NCBI GenBank assembly: GCA_050575255.1
Contig: JBNZDD010013683.1
Location: 1,152,191 to 1,216,190 of the forward strand
Direction of reading: 5' to 3'
DNA length: 64,000 nt
DNA from: Harriotta raleighana
Taxonomy: Eukaryota
In this document: positions 50,609 to 62,347 of the stretch, piece after piece
How positions within the stretch are numbered: the first letter of the stretch is position 1
Layout: every line of letters begins with the position of its first letter
Notes under the pieces: model-generated
Database searches by the model: none
Seen by the model: only the letters and a program-made list of their open reading frames with translations
What the model was told of the DNA's origin: nothing
Made by a program: the position numbers and the translations under genes

Positions 50609-52409
50609 ACATAAACAGTTTGTACTGTATTTACATTACTATTGCCTTCCATTTAATTTAAAAGAAAGTCTCGAGTCGCATATAACCATTTTTTTGGTGT
50701 GTCAATGGATTTCACTGCAGTAATGATGTTGTAAAGTCTTTCGCATAATGTCATATATCTTTAATACTTTATTGTGCTTGTAGCTAATAAATGGATTTAG
50801 ATTTTTTTTTAAATGGCCAATAGTTACTTTTCAGAATGCAGTTTGCGAATACCCATAAATCAATCATCTTATTTAACATCTTCACAAATCATTTTTCTAC
50901 ACTTCGTTTTTTGCTTCTCTGAATCATTCTGAATAGCCTTATCATTATATTGATTGGTAAAGCAGCTAACAATAAAGACCTCCACCCATACCACAATGGG
51001 GAAAACACACCAGCCTTAGGCTTAGACAATACAGGAGCCACTGTACATCTTTTATGCTAATTTACCAAGTCATCTTACCAAGTGTGATGCAATTTTTTTT
51101 TATTACCTGCAACATTGTCAGCCATTTGAAATAATTATTCTCATCATTTCTTACCTCCAGCGCCTTCTCTATGCTTCCAATTATTTCCATTTCACCGACT
51201 GATTGGAGACCTGTAATGGATACTTCTAACTCTCTCTGGGGTGCAAGTCTTCGGTTTCTGGAATGTTCCATCACATGTGTTTCTCGTTTGCGTTCTACTG
51301 TTAATAAGTTTGTGTCAATGTCTCCACATAAATCATTACCTCTCAAATGTTCTATTTGTAAACTACTTTTCCCTTAGAGTCCATTCAGAACAATGTACTG
51401 TACTATGAGGCAAAGAGATTTCTTGTAAATATTGGGCAAAACAACACTGTTGGAAAAAATGATTAGTATTACTTTTGCAATACATCAATGCCCATTCAAT
51501 ACTCATTTTATATAGTGGAAATTCTGGCAGGTATTGGGGGAATAAAAACTTGAAATACTGTACTTGGCTTTTATGGGTCAATGTGGACAAAAGCTTGCTA
51601 AATGCATTACATTATTGGGTTTTGAAATATTAATATATCTTATCAATTGAATTTGTCCCTTCATTAATTAAATTGTTTTTTTTAGGTCTCTAGCAACAAT
51701 TCTTAACCATGGTCTTAAACATTTAGGAGAGATACACATATAGAGAAGGATTACCACAAAAAGTAATCTGTAAAACGCAAATAATCTGCTCAGAAGCAAA
51801 GATAGCACCCCAAGACTGGACATCTGCCCTTGGTCTCTGCAGTGAAGGAGAATCCATTCTAGCAAGAATATGAGGCACCATTAAACCTCATAATACAATT
51901 TGATTCAGCAGTAAAGCAGAGAGCTCAGATTTATTTCTCAGCAAACTGACTTGAAAGAAAATTAGAAAGGAACATTCAGATCAACTGTTGACCAGTATAA
52001 AGCCATTTTCATCTATTTCCGTAGTTCTCACATATTGTATGGCTGCTGAAAACTATTTAAAATGGCAGATTTATGCCAATATAATACCAAGTGTATGGAG
52101 TCAGCAATCTAAATATAGGTTTTTTTGCAATAAAACTGCCAATTGTAAACATCCTGTATTTTGGGTTATTTATGATGACTCGGGAAGCTAATAATTCACA
52201 CTAACTGTGACTCATGCTGGAATTACACTGCTTTGGGGTTGAAATGGTCCAATGCATTTAATACCTAATTCCCAATGTTGTACTTTCATTTTAGCAGAAC
52301 AGACTTAGAAGGTAGCTCAAACAAGAACATAAAGGCATCAATGTGTGTACCACTTCTGCCATAATTAAAATACATTAGATTGCATTGAAAAATACTACAA
52401 GCGTTCCTC

Positions 52410-52460
52410 CTACAGTCAATTCACTTTACAATATATTCTGTGAAGGGCTTTGAGACATCA
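52410..52460 (+). mobile_element. SINE internal fragment
   Basis: tacagtcaattcactttacaatatattctgtgaagggctttgagacatc. Confidence 0.75.
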
Positions 52461-53005
52461 GCACAATTTGTGCAATCGTGGCTCTTGTAGAAGACTCCTG
52501 CTCCCCTGAGAGAGGGAAATTATCGTTCATAAAAACTTATGAAATAAGAAAGTAAAACACTGAAATGTTGCTCTTGCTTCGTAAGGTGATCTGGTGAAAC
52601 TCCCATCAATTTAATATTAACAATCTACATCTCTCAACCGTGACTAGCTTCATTTCACAGATGACACTTCCACTGCAATGGAACCAACATGCTCCCCGGA
52701 GTAATGGGCCATCACAGTTTCCATTTATACTCACAACCTTCATCCACATTCACCAGATAGTTTTCCAACTTGTTAAACAAAAAAGGAGTTCAGCAATAGC
52801 ATTAACTGACTTTGAAGCAGGTCTGTTGTTCTATTCACATGCTACGCAACGGAGCAGTGGGGGGACCCAACAGAAGGAAGACCAGCTCAGCTTCAAAAAG
52901 AGTGCATCTCATCAGGCCAACTCCATAGACAGCAATTCAGCTGGAGTCACGAATGAGTACTTATGCCCTCCAATTCATTGATGCTAACACTTAAGTTAAA
53001 TTTAA

Positions 53006-53260
53006 CAGTGGTTAGAGCACACCCCTTCAAGCGTGACACCTGTGTTCTAATCCAGGCAGTTCAGGGCAAAACCTTGGGCAAGTTTCCTTCCTTTCTCATT
53101 TCAATCCACGACTGTTTGTGGGACATTGCTGTGCACAATTGGCTGCCGCATTTCTCCTACAAATATACAGTCAATTCACTTTACAGTGCATTCTGTGAAG
53201 CGCTTTGAGGTGTCTAGAAGACGTGGAAAGCACTATATCAAAATGCAAGGATTATTTTAT
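53006..53260 (+). mobile_element. tRNA-SINE, slightly 5'-truncated, linker deleted
   Basis: cagtggttagagcac...aaaccttgggcaagtttcc, then catttcaatccacgactg... through the tail. Confidence 0.9.
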
Positions 53261-55454
53261 TCATTAAATATAACAAATGGGTCTAACATTCACAATCCAT
53301 TGGCTTCTTAGCACCCAAAAGACTATGTTTTCAGTTTTTCCTCCAGAATTTCAAACCTTTCCCTGCAAATAATCATTTGCTTTTAAAAACGTACTGGCCT
53401 CGTGCATCCCAACAGTGAAATATTTAAAGGATGCTGCATAACTTTCAGGAGTTTAAAGAAATAGTCCAATTGGCAGAAGGAAATCTGAAAGCAATTCAAA
53501 GGATTTATTATAAAGTATAGTAACTTTGTATTTTGTAAATAAAAAATAGGCTGAGCCACCTTATACGATGTAGGATCTCAAGGAATCTGTTTAATAATAT
53601 TCAATGTTTCAAGGTTGCTATCTCTTCAAGACATTCTGTTATAAAAATGTAAGGAATTTCTAATGGTTATTTTATTTTCTGTCATTGATAGTAGGCAGTG
53701 GCTTTACTCCATGGCTACCTCAGATTCTATTTATAGGACAATTGAGTATTGCAAGCAACATTTTATCAATTATCTCCTTTAATTAAATGTTTTCAGTAAG
53801 AGGATTGAGGGCACCTTGTTCAGAAGAGGGCATTGATTGTATTTAACATGCAATGTCAACAATGAATACTTCTGGAATTTGTAATAAAACAGGTAAAACT
53901 TGTGCAGCTACAAACTGTCCAAAGTGCTAAATTCCCAAAGCATATACTGTAGTTGCCATGCTACTCTTTTTTTTTAAAAAAAGCACCTTTAGATTTCACA
54001 CTGGAAAGCAAATTAAACTGCATATTGTGTGTCTGGAGGAATAGTTAACTATCTCACTCATGGTTATCATGATGCTCTCCAGTTCATGTTCGATATTTCA
54101 GGCTTCAACAGAGCAAAGTTGAAGAAAGAGCGATGAATATGCTGCCCTATGAAGCAATATAAAGAAATGAACCCCGTACAAGTATCTATCACTCTTTTCC
54201 TCACCCCGTTGCAAATTCAGCATTCTGACATCCTATCCTGCATGAAGGATTAGATATAAATCCAAGTTCCTGTTGCTGTTGTGGAATTGGGAAGTGGGAA
54301 AGTCAAAAACTATACAAGGACTTCAAGTGTGAATCACAATTTACAAACAGTTACTTATAACAAGAAAGGAAAAGAACCTTATGAAGCAGGCTCCCATGCT
54401 TTGTCCTATTCTTAAAGTCTTGCAAGTGTAGGAGGTTAGTATTTTAAGATATGGTTAGTAAAGACTGATTACACACATCTAAAACAATGTATAGTTTGGA
54501 TTAACTAATTTGTCTGGGAAAAAGTCGTTCCAGGGATTCCACCCAAAGCATGTGGCAGTAGCTCAATGTGTAAAGGAAAGCACATCTGAATGGAGTTAGT
54601 CATTTTTTGACACTATTTGACCAATGAAATACTGAATGATGGAAATAATCCCAAGAGTCATGTATCAATTGAGTGGAGCATTGGAAGGAAGGTCAAGTTT
54701 TTTTTTTAAAAAAGGAAGAACCATGCTTCTCCCCTTTTCTCCATTACTTCTGTCCTACGTTTGCAGGAGTCTTGCACCTCTGCCTGTAGCAGAGACTGCC
54801 AGTTTGGTGGCAACTATTACAGTAACAGAAACACTAAAATCTACAGCCAACTGGGGCATCTCAAAATCTGCTGTTGTGTAATACCCACTACAGCCAGACA
54901 GCATTGTCGCATTGTGTACAAACAGTGCGTCTGAAAATAGGACTTACAACTTCAGATACCTACAAACTGTGGCATACGCACTCGGACACGTGAATGCGTA
55001 TGTAAGTTCTTGCCCATGTGTCCGAATAGAGATGAATCACGCATATTTCAATGACTAGAGGCTGATCTCACTGGAGACAGCATGACTAGCACCACGGACA
55101 GCAACTAGATGGCATTCTGTAACATTGCAAATACAATCACCACAAAATATTTGACAGACTGCTTGAAAACTTTGCTTATATTTTAGCTGCAGTTGTTTCC
55201 CTCATCAAATCTACAATCTGCTATTGAAAAAGAACCAGGGATTGTATGATGTCTGCGCCTGCCCTCTCCAGCTTGTTACATAACAGTACCTTGGATAAAA
55301 TGGGCAGAATTGAAAAGGTAAAAAAAAAACACTTGATTATTCACATTTTTTGCAAACTGCAGAGAAAATAAAGACACAAATCTTCATATCAGAGTCTAGT
55401 GTTGCTTCTGAAGTCAAGCAAAAGATTTTACAAACAAAATACACATAGCCACAC

Positions 55455-55532
55455 CATTTTATACTCTCAAAAGTGCTTCAAGTGCTGTGAAGATGTCTCG
55501 ACAACCCTATGTCAAATTTGGGGATTATTATT
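55455..55532 (+). mobile_element. Degraded SINE tail
   Basis: aagtgcttcaag...ctatgtcaaatttggggattattatt. Confidence 0.4.
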
Positions 55533-56103
55533 TTACAGAATTATAATTTATTTCATTTTGTTTTCTCCTCCAAAAGCCATCTTTCATGTTCAGGAGACTT
55601 AGCCAAAGCTTTGGTCCCATATGGATTACTGTTGCATTTGAAGGAGACAAGCTGGTAAGGAAGGAAGGACTGGATTAAACATCAATATTGCCCTGACAGT
55701 GAGCACATCTGCTTGTATCTTATATCTCACAGGGATTTCAAGAGGTGATTATCATAAAGAAAACCAATTTATACTAACGTGTTTTTTGAGAGGAATAAAG
55801 ACCGCTTCAAGGGAAATGCCAGATACCGTTTTTTTTTAAAAAAGGAAATCTCTGACAAACAACCATTCCAGACATATTTTAATGCTTATTTTATATTCTA
55901 AAAAGAAAGGAATGGATGCTTTACACTCCTTTCTACCCTGGAAATAAAATAGGTTCCTGTCAGCAGTAGCCATCTATCTCACTGAAAAATATACCCTCAC
56001 TTCAGGTTATCAGAATTCCATGTAGTCTTTTTTTTCCAGATTATTTTTTCAGGGAAAAAAACTGAAGCCTTTTTTTTCCTCTTTCTTTCTCAGAAATATT
56101 AGT

Positions 56104-56168
56104 TTGAAGCGCTCTGAGACGCCGTTCGGCATGGAGGGCGCTATATAAATTGAAGTTGTTGTTGTTGT
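56104..56168 (+). mobile_element. L2 3' tail
   Basis: aagcgctctgagacgccgttcggcatggagggcgctatataaattgaagttgttgttgttg; same subtype as 9807-9875. Confidence 0.75.
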
Positions 56169-56209
56169 AGTTTGTGTATTATGTTTAGCATTGCATTTAT
56201 ACACTGTAT

Positions 56210-56274
56210 TCAACATTCAGGTACTGGAAGAAGAAAGGGGTNTCAACATTCAGCTACTGGAAGAAGAAAGGGGT
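56210..56274. repeat. 32-bp duplication split by a single N (probable haplotype artefact)
   Basis: tcaacattcag[g/c]tactggaagaagaaaggggt twice, N at 56242, one substitution. Confidence 0.85.
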
Positions 56275-56541
56275 CATTGGCTCTACTTAATCAACATGCC
56301 ATATTGTATGCACATAGCTGTACAATGCAACTGAAGCCTTCTTTTGTACTCAGAAGACTTTGAAGGAGCCTGGTTGCATGGAACAAAACCATCAAGAGGC
56401 CAGAAGTTCAATTGTTACCAAGGTTTGCAGAAGGAGAAAGCCCAGCAGTGATAGTGAAACATTTGTAGAAAATAAGACAACTTTCCACCATGGGTGAGAG
56501 AGACTAATGAGAAAAACTTGAAGCAGCCACTAAACAATTAC

Positions 56542-56610
56542 CAACAACAACAACAAAATTATATTTATAGAGCACCTTTCACATCGGGAGGACGTTCCAA
56601 GGCGCTGAGA
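56542..56610 (-). mobile_element. L2-type 3' tail
   Basis: (caa)n...tttatagagcacctttcacatcgggaggacgttccaaggcgct. Confidence 0.7.
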
Positions 56611-57197
56611 ATCAGCTTTGTCCAATATCATAGAATAGGTTCCTCTAATATCCCTTCAGGCAGGCATGGATTGCAGTGGGTAGAAATCTAAGGAAATGGC
56701 AAGGGGAGAAACCATCTTAAACCCAGACGTATGGTGCACATCGGAAAATATGATTTATTCTCATTTTCCGACTAGACTTTATGCACCTTGTGCGACCCTG
56801 GTTAGTTCCCATTTCAGACTTCAGGCATTATTTCTGTGGTGCGGATCATTTCACCAATACTTGAAATCCTTCACACTTAAGCAGGGTTTTTTGTTTTAAT
56901 ACTGTAGTAGTTTTTTCTCAGTGTGACAACAATGCATAAGCTGAAAAAGTGCAGATCAAATCAATTTCCAGAGGCCAGTGTCTCCACAGATTTTCCAGCA
57001 ATCCAGCATTATCTCACAATAAGGTGATATTATCCAGGGCTTTTGCACAGGTAAGCGGGAGTGGGGGGATAAAATACGAAGAAAGGATTTAAATAAGTGT
57101 TTGTTTTAGAAATCACAGACCATTCAATTTGTCAGTCAGAGCATAGAGCAGAAAATATGCTTTACTCATGTTCATTTTTTAAAGGACTTGGTCACAA

Positions 57198-57275
57198 TGC
57201 TTTACAGCAAATCGTGCAAAGCACTTTGAGACGTTTCATCAACTTGGTAAAGCGTTGCATCAAATGTTATTATAA
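57198..57275 (+). mobile_element. Degraded SINE tail
   Basis: ctttacag...aagcactttgagacg...aaagcgttgcatcaaatg. Confidence 0.5.
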
Positions 57276-58789
57276 GAGACTAATAATGGAAAACGTCCCA
57301 GAAAAATTCTCTGCACAAACAGTTACGCCAGCATACCTGACATTACTTCGCTGAGATCAGTGCTAGGTTCCTACTGTCCATATTCAGAAAATGCTTAAAG
57401 TACATCATGGATTTGCTCTTCCTCCTNCCCCACTCTCCTCTCCCTTACACACACGCACACACATCATATGAGTACCCATGAGCACAAATGCACAGAAGAT
57501 AGTCATGAGAACTAAATTGGAAGCTGGTCATCAACAAAGCTGACTGGACAATTCACAACATATTGGATTTACATTCCAAAAAGAATTGCATTCCAATTTC
57601 TATTTCCCATTTATAAGGAGTCCAACATTGTCTCCAAGGAGACAAAGTGATTATACAAATCGTCAATGTAACGATGTACTAACCCAAGGTAGGCATAATA
57701 ATATGATACAGCAATAAAAGCCAACGGGAAAAAACATTAATGTTTCAATAACTCAGGTTTTATTATATTGACAACCTGTCGAAATTCAGCACCTTTGAAC
57801 CCTCTATAATGCCCAATTCAAAAGTTAAGCATTCACTGGACATTTGAAATATGGCGGCATTAACTCAAAGTCAGATTAATAAATTCCTAGTAAACTGGAG
57901 CTTGTGGGTGATAAAACTGTGGAGAGCATTTGGAAATGTAGTTGCAGTTTTGGCTGGATTTATTGTGGGGCATAATGTGTGATTGGAGATCAATAGGTAT
58001 AATAGTGAAGATGCACAACAGCTAGTCAAATTACCTTGGTCAAAAAAAAGTGCAATGACAGCTAGGTTAACACTATTTGCATTTGTTGCTTAAGAGCAAT
58101 TTATCTACCTGTATTCGCTCACTTGTCTGAAGGCAGTGGGAGAAATAAATAGAATTATGAATGCCAGAATATTTTGAGTCCATATACTTTAATTTCAAGG
58201 CTGAAAACAAACAAATGTACAGATCTGAAGCTTGCCCCTATTAACACATTGTCAGAATGCTTGAAAGTACAGTATTCAGAATTTTAAAATAGCTTCTTCT
58301 GGAAACAATATTGATTCATCTAGTATTATTTCCTCTTCTAAATTCCACCCCCATTGTACATCACCTGCACAGGGGTTGGTGGGGAGGGAATCGGTAGGCA
58401 GTATATAAATCGCCGTTGCCAGAAATTTACCATTAAAAAGTGAGTTGCAGGTACACAGCCTTTCAAAAATTAGATTTTTTTAAAGATAAATGGCTTCTCC
58501 TCTTACCAAAGTCAAACCAGTTTGTTCTCTCGAGGCTCCGTGCCAAAGCTTTGTCACAGTAAGGTACAGATAATGCAGGTAAATTTATGGCTTACATCAG
58601 ATAATCAGACAATACAATTCAGCAGTTAGATTACTGACTAATTTTACTGAAAGCTTGTCCAACAGATTACCTTCCCTTCCCCTTTATACTCTTCACCACA
58701 ACCCACCCCTTCATTATCCACTTCCAAAAAATGATCTGGATTTAAACTCCAGGCATGAAATAATCCCTCTGTTTGATTAAAAAATATCT

Positions 58790-59020
58790 TATCATATCAC
58801 TGTAATGTCCCAAAGTGCAGTAAGGATTCCCTGTAATGTGTAGTGATTGTGTATTTGTAGGTGAACACAACAGCTAATATTGGCACAGCCAATATTAGAA
58901 ACAGTCATGAAGTGATGACCAATTTTATTTTTGAGATAGTTGGCCAGGGTATTGGGAAATACGTCTTTCTCTACCAGTGTGAAGGAATCTATAATGTCCA
59001 CCTGAAACAGGTAAGACAGA
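58790..59020 (-). mobile_element. Old Deu-domain SINE fragment
   Basis: tgtcccaaagtgc...aacacaacagctaat...atgaccaatt...ttggccagggtattgggaa...aatgtccacctgaaacagg. Confidence 0.55.
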
Positions 59021-59384
59021 ATTCAGGAACAAAACTTGGCATTTTGCCACTGTATTCATGCCAACAATACTCCAGTCAGTTGAGTTTTCAGGTTAAATAC
59101 AATTGTAGCTGTGGAGAAGAGCTGATTTATCCCTAGTAGTGAAACAGAAAGCTTCTAATTGATGTATCTGCCAAAAGGATAAATATATATAAATATATAT
59201 AGACTTGGATGAAGTAGAAGCCCATTTCTTTCAGAGGTATCTCATTTGGCACCCAAAATAAAGTGTACGCTTATATTCTTGAACAGAACAGTAGACAAAA
59301 AGGAAACATGCAAGAAAAAAAAGGCAATCTGCACAGTGAAATGCATGGAGAGTCAATGTTAGAAATATTTGTTGTGCCCTAAAA

Positions 59385-59573
59385 TAAAAAAATCAATTGG
59401 TCATTCAATCACGACTGCTTGTGAGATGCTATTGTGTGCAATCGCCTGCCATGCTTTGCCCACAACATTTACAGTTATTTCATTTTTCAGTATTTTCTGC
59501 AAAGCGCTTATAGAAGTCTCAGAGATGTGATAAGGGCTATATCAAATGCAAGGATAGTAGTATTATGATTATT
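59385..59573 (+). mobile_element. Diverged SINE 3' half
   Basis: aattggtcattcaatcacgactgcttgtgag...gctatatcaaatgcaaggat. Confidence 0.8.
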
Positions 59574-59882
59574 TGTGTACATTACACACTTGCCCGCACC
59601 TCACAAAGTACTAAACTGGCCTTGTGTATACTTATATCCTGAGTCAACCTTTCAAATGTCACGAATGGATAACACCAATATTTTTTTTATTTATGCAATC
59701 TACCAAACTCTTCTTGGATATTTAACAGATGCTAGTTTTTAAAAATCTGTAACCACCAGGGGCAGCCAGTTAAACTGAAGCTCTTGAGTGTTCAACTCCC
59801 TAACAGATGGCTCCAAGCTCAGGTCCCAAGGTTCTCATCACTCAAACTTGCTCACTCTCAGTCGAGGACATGTATCAGTTCT

Positions 59883-59896
59883 CCACTAGGTGGAGT
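59883..59896 (+). promoter_or_regulatory. CTCF-like motif
   Basis: CCACTAGGTGGAGT, a near match to CCASYAGRKGGCRS; motif match only. Confidence 0.3.
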
Positions 59897-61559
59897 GCCA
59901 ACACCACATAAAAGAAAGGATTTTATATCAAGGGAGGGAGGAAAAGGGGAAGCTCAAAGTGTCTCCTTAAATCACATTTCATTCCCCCCCCCATCATCAC
60001 CAACTCCCTTTCAATAGTCTCTATCATGGAGGATTATTAAGGGCTGTCTTATCCTTTCAGCTTGAGATGCATGATATCAGCATACAGGCTGCAAGGTTAT
60101 TATATATGTGGCAAGAACATAAATAAGTCTACACACACAGAAATGCAATCGCACGACAAAGGCAGTGAATAGGGAGAGTGCAATGTTCACAAAGCTCCTC
60201 TCTGAACAACATTAAGTAATGATTTTTCCTTCCCCGACCAAATCCCTCCCTACCACCACCACAATTAACAACATCAAGGTAGTTAAAAGTATGCTGTGGT
60301 CAAATTCCTGTGTAATAGTTGCATGATTTTTATTGTTACTTTTTTTTATATAATCCAAAACATTTGTGTTGCATACATCTTCTCAGAAATTAGCTGCAGC
60401 TCTAACGAATCCCACAACAGAATCAACCCTTGATTTGTAAGCCTTACATTTTGAAGGCCAGAAAAACAACAGCAAATAACATGGTTGTTGTGTGTGTTTC
60501 TGCCCCCACCAGCTGTATGACATTATGTAACACGTCTGCTGCTGACAAGCAATACTCAACCTTTCTCAGCACAGCTTTCCTGAAGCACTGCTTGATGCTG
60601 CGATACATCCCAACTGCTGTCATTAGGATGAAATGGCTAAACAGTTTGGAATTCAAGCCATCTTGTAACCAAGGGGGTGCAATTCTCTGACCGTAGGATC
60701 TTAAAGCCACAGCTTTCCAAATCAGAAAGCCAACAGTGCATTTATTTGAATGATTCAAACACAACGTGGACAAGGATTTAAAATTTGCCCCCCAAAAATA
60801 GAAGGGAAGAAAATGTTGTGCGAGCCTAGTATTCACTCTTGAATACAGTTACCCACTTCTATTTGCATATCCAGTAATTGCCTCAGGAATTTTCAAACTA
60901 ATTAACTTACACTGACACTGTGTGTTAAACAATTATTGAACTGCACGCTTAATTGAATAACCCACCAACATGTATAGTTAGTCTCTTCATTTTAGGAATC
61001 CAAGGCTCTGCAGATAACACATTTCAGAATCACTCCTGAGCAATCTGCATAGAATTGGGTCAGGAATTCAACCCACAAGCTACTGCTCAGCACATATGTG
61101 GCACCACACAGGCGACCATAACGAATAAAACAAGCCACTTTTGTTTGAGTAACACTTCTGTGAATAGAAACTGAACCTATTTCTGGTACTTTGTGTTAAC
61201 TTCACACAGACTTATCTTTCCTTTATTATTCATGTTCTGCACTCATTTTCGTCTTCTGAATCTATGAAATTAAACAGGAATCCAATACACTTCCAGACAG
61301 CCCAGATTTGTAATCGAAGTCAGGAAAAAGATCAAGAATCTGAGGATTGAAAAATTACCCATCTTATGAAAAGTCAAATATGGCAATATTTCTATCGAGA
61401 AATCTCGCATCAATGTGCCATCCTTTGCTCGTAACTATTCTGTTGATGAACCACAAAAGTCAATTTAATCAATTTTATAGTTCTTTCATTTCTGTTTGAG
61501 TAATAGCGATTAGTTACTTGCTTGTTAAAAGCATTTACAAGATAATAAGGATGAAAGAA

Positions 61560-62062
61560 ATAAATTGCATTATCATACAGACTTACTCTGTTAAAAACAT
61601 CTCAAATCACTTCAGAGCAATAACAGTGAAGTATAGTTCCATGGAAAAACATAGAACCATGGGAACAAAAACTGGCCATTCAGCCCATCCAGCCCGTTCC
61701 ACCATTCTATAAGATCATAACCTATTTGTACCTCAACGCCAATTACTTGCCCTTGCCCATTGCTCCTTGACACCCTTGCCTAACAAATATCTATTCACTT
61801 CAGTCTTGAAAATTTGAATGCATCCAGCATCTGCAGCCTTTTGGAGAAAGAGTTCCAGACTATCCATTAACCTATAGTAATAAAACAAATAAACATGGAT
61901 GCCATTTTCCACACAGCAAGTTCCCGCAAATAGCCATGAAGTGAATGATCAATATGTCTGGAGGATATACGGCCGGGAACCTGAGGGCAGATTCTGTCCT
62001 GTCTTGAACAGAGCAGTGGGATCTTCAGTTTTCAGAAACAGTCATCCGAAAGATAACATCTG
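61560..62062 (-). mobile_element. Old Deu-domain SINE split by a CR1 insertion
   Basis: Tail part 61560-61637 resumes at 61879 (aacatggatgccattttccacacagcaagttcccgcaaatagc...gtgggatctt...tcatccgaaagataacatct). Confidence 0.65.
61638..61872 (-). mobile_element. CR1 LINE 3' end
   Basis: catagaac...ggccattcagcccatccagcccgttccaccattc...gatcat...cagtcttgaaaattt...cccagcatc-like...agagttccagac is a typical antisense CR1 3' end. Confidence 0.85.
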
Positions 62063-62075
62063 AATCATGTGAATT

Positions 62076-62347
62076 GTGGAGTCCTGTAGCTCACTGGTGA
62101 GAGTACTCGGCTTGTAAGCAAGACCTTTCCTCACTCCACATGCCTGATAATAATCCCACAGCAAAAAAAATTATAAATTGGTCACTTCATGATGGATTCT
62201 AATGGATTTTTGTGGGACGCTGCTGTGCAGAATTGGCTGCCACATTTTGCCCAGTCAATTCACTTTACAGTATATTCTGTGAAGAACATTGAGACATGTA
62301 GAAGATGTGAAAAACTCTATATTAAGTGCAAGGATTATTATTATTAT
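62076..62347 (+). mobile_element. tRNA-derived SINE, diverged, B box deleted
   Basis: gtggagtcctgtagctcactggtgagag head, body and (TTA)n tail. Confidence 0.88.
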
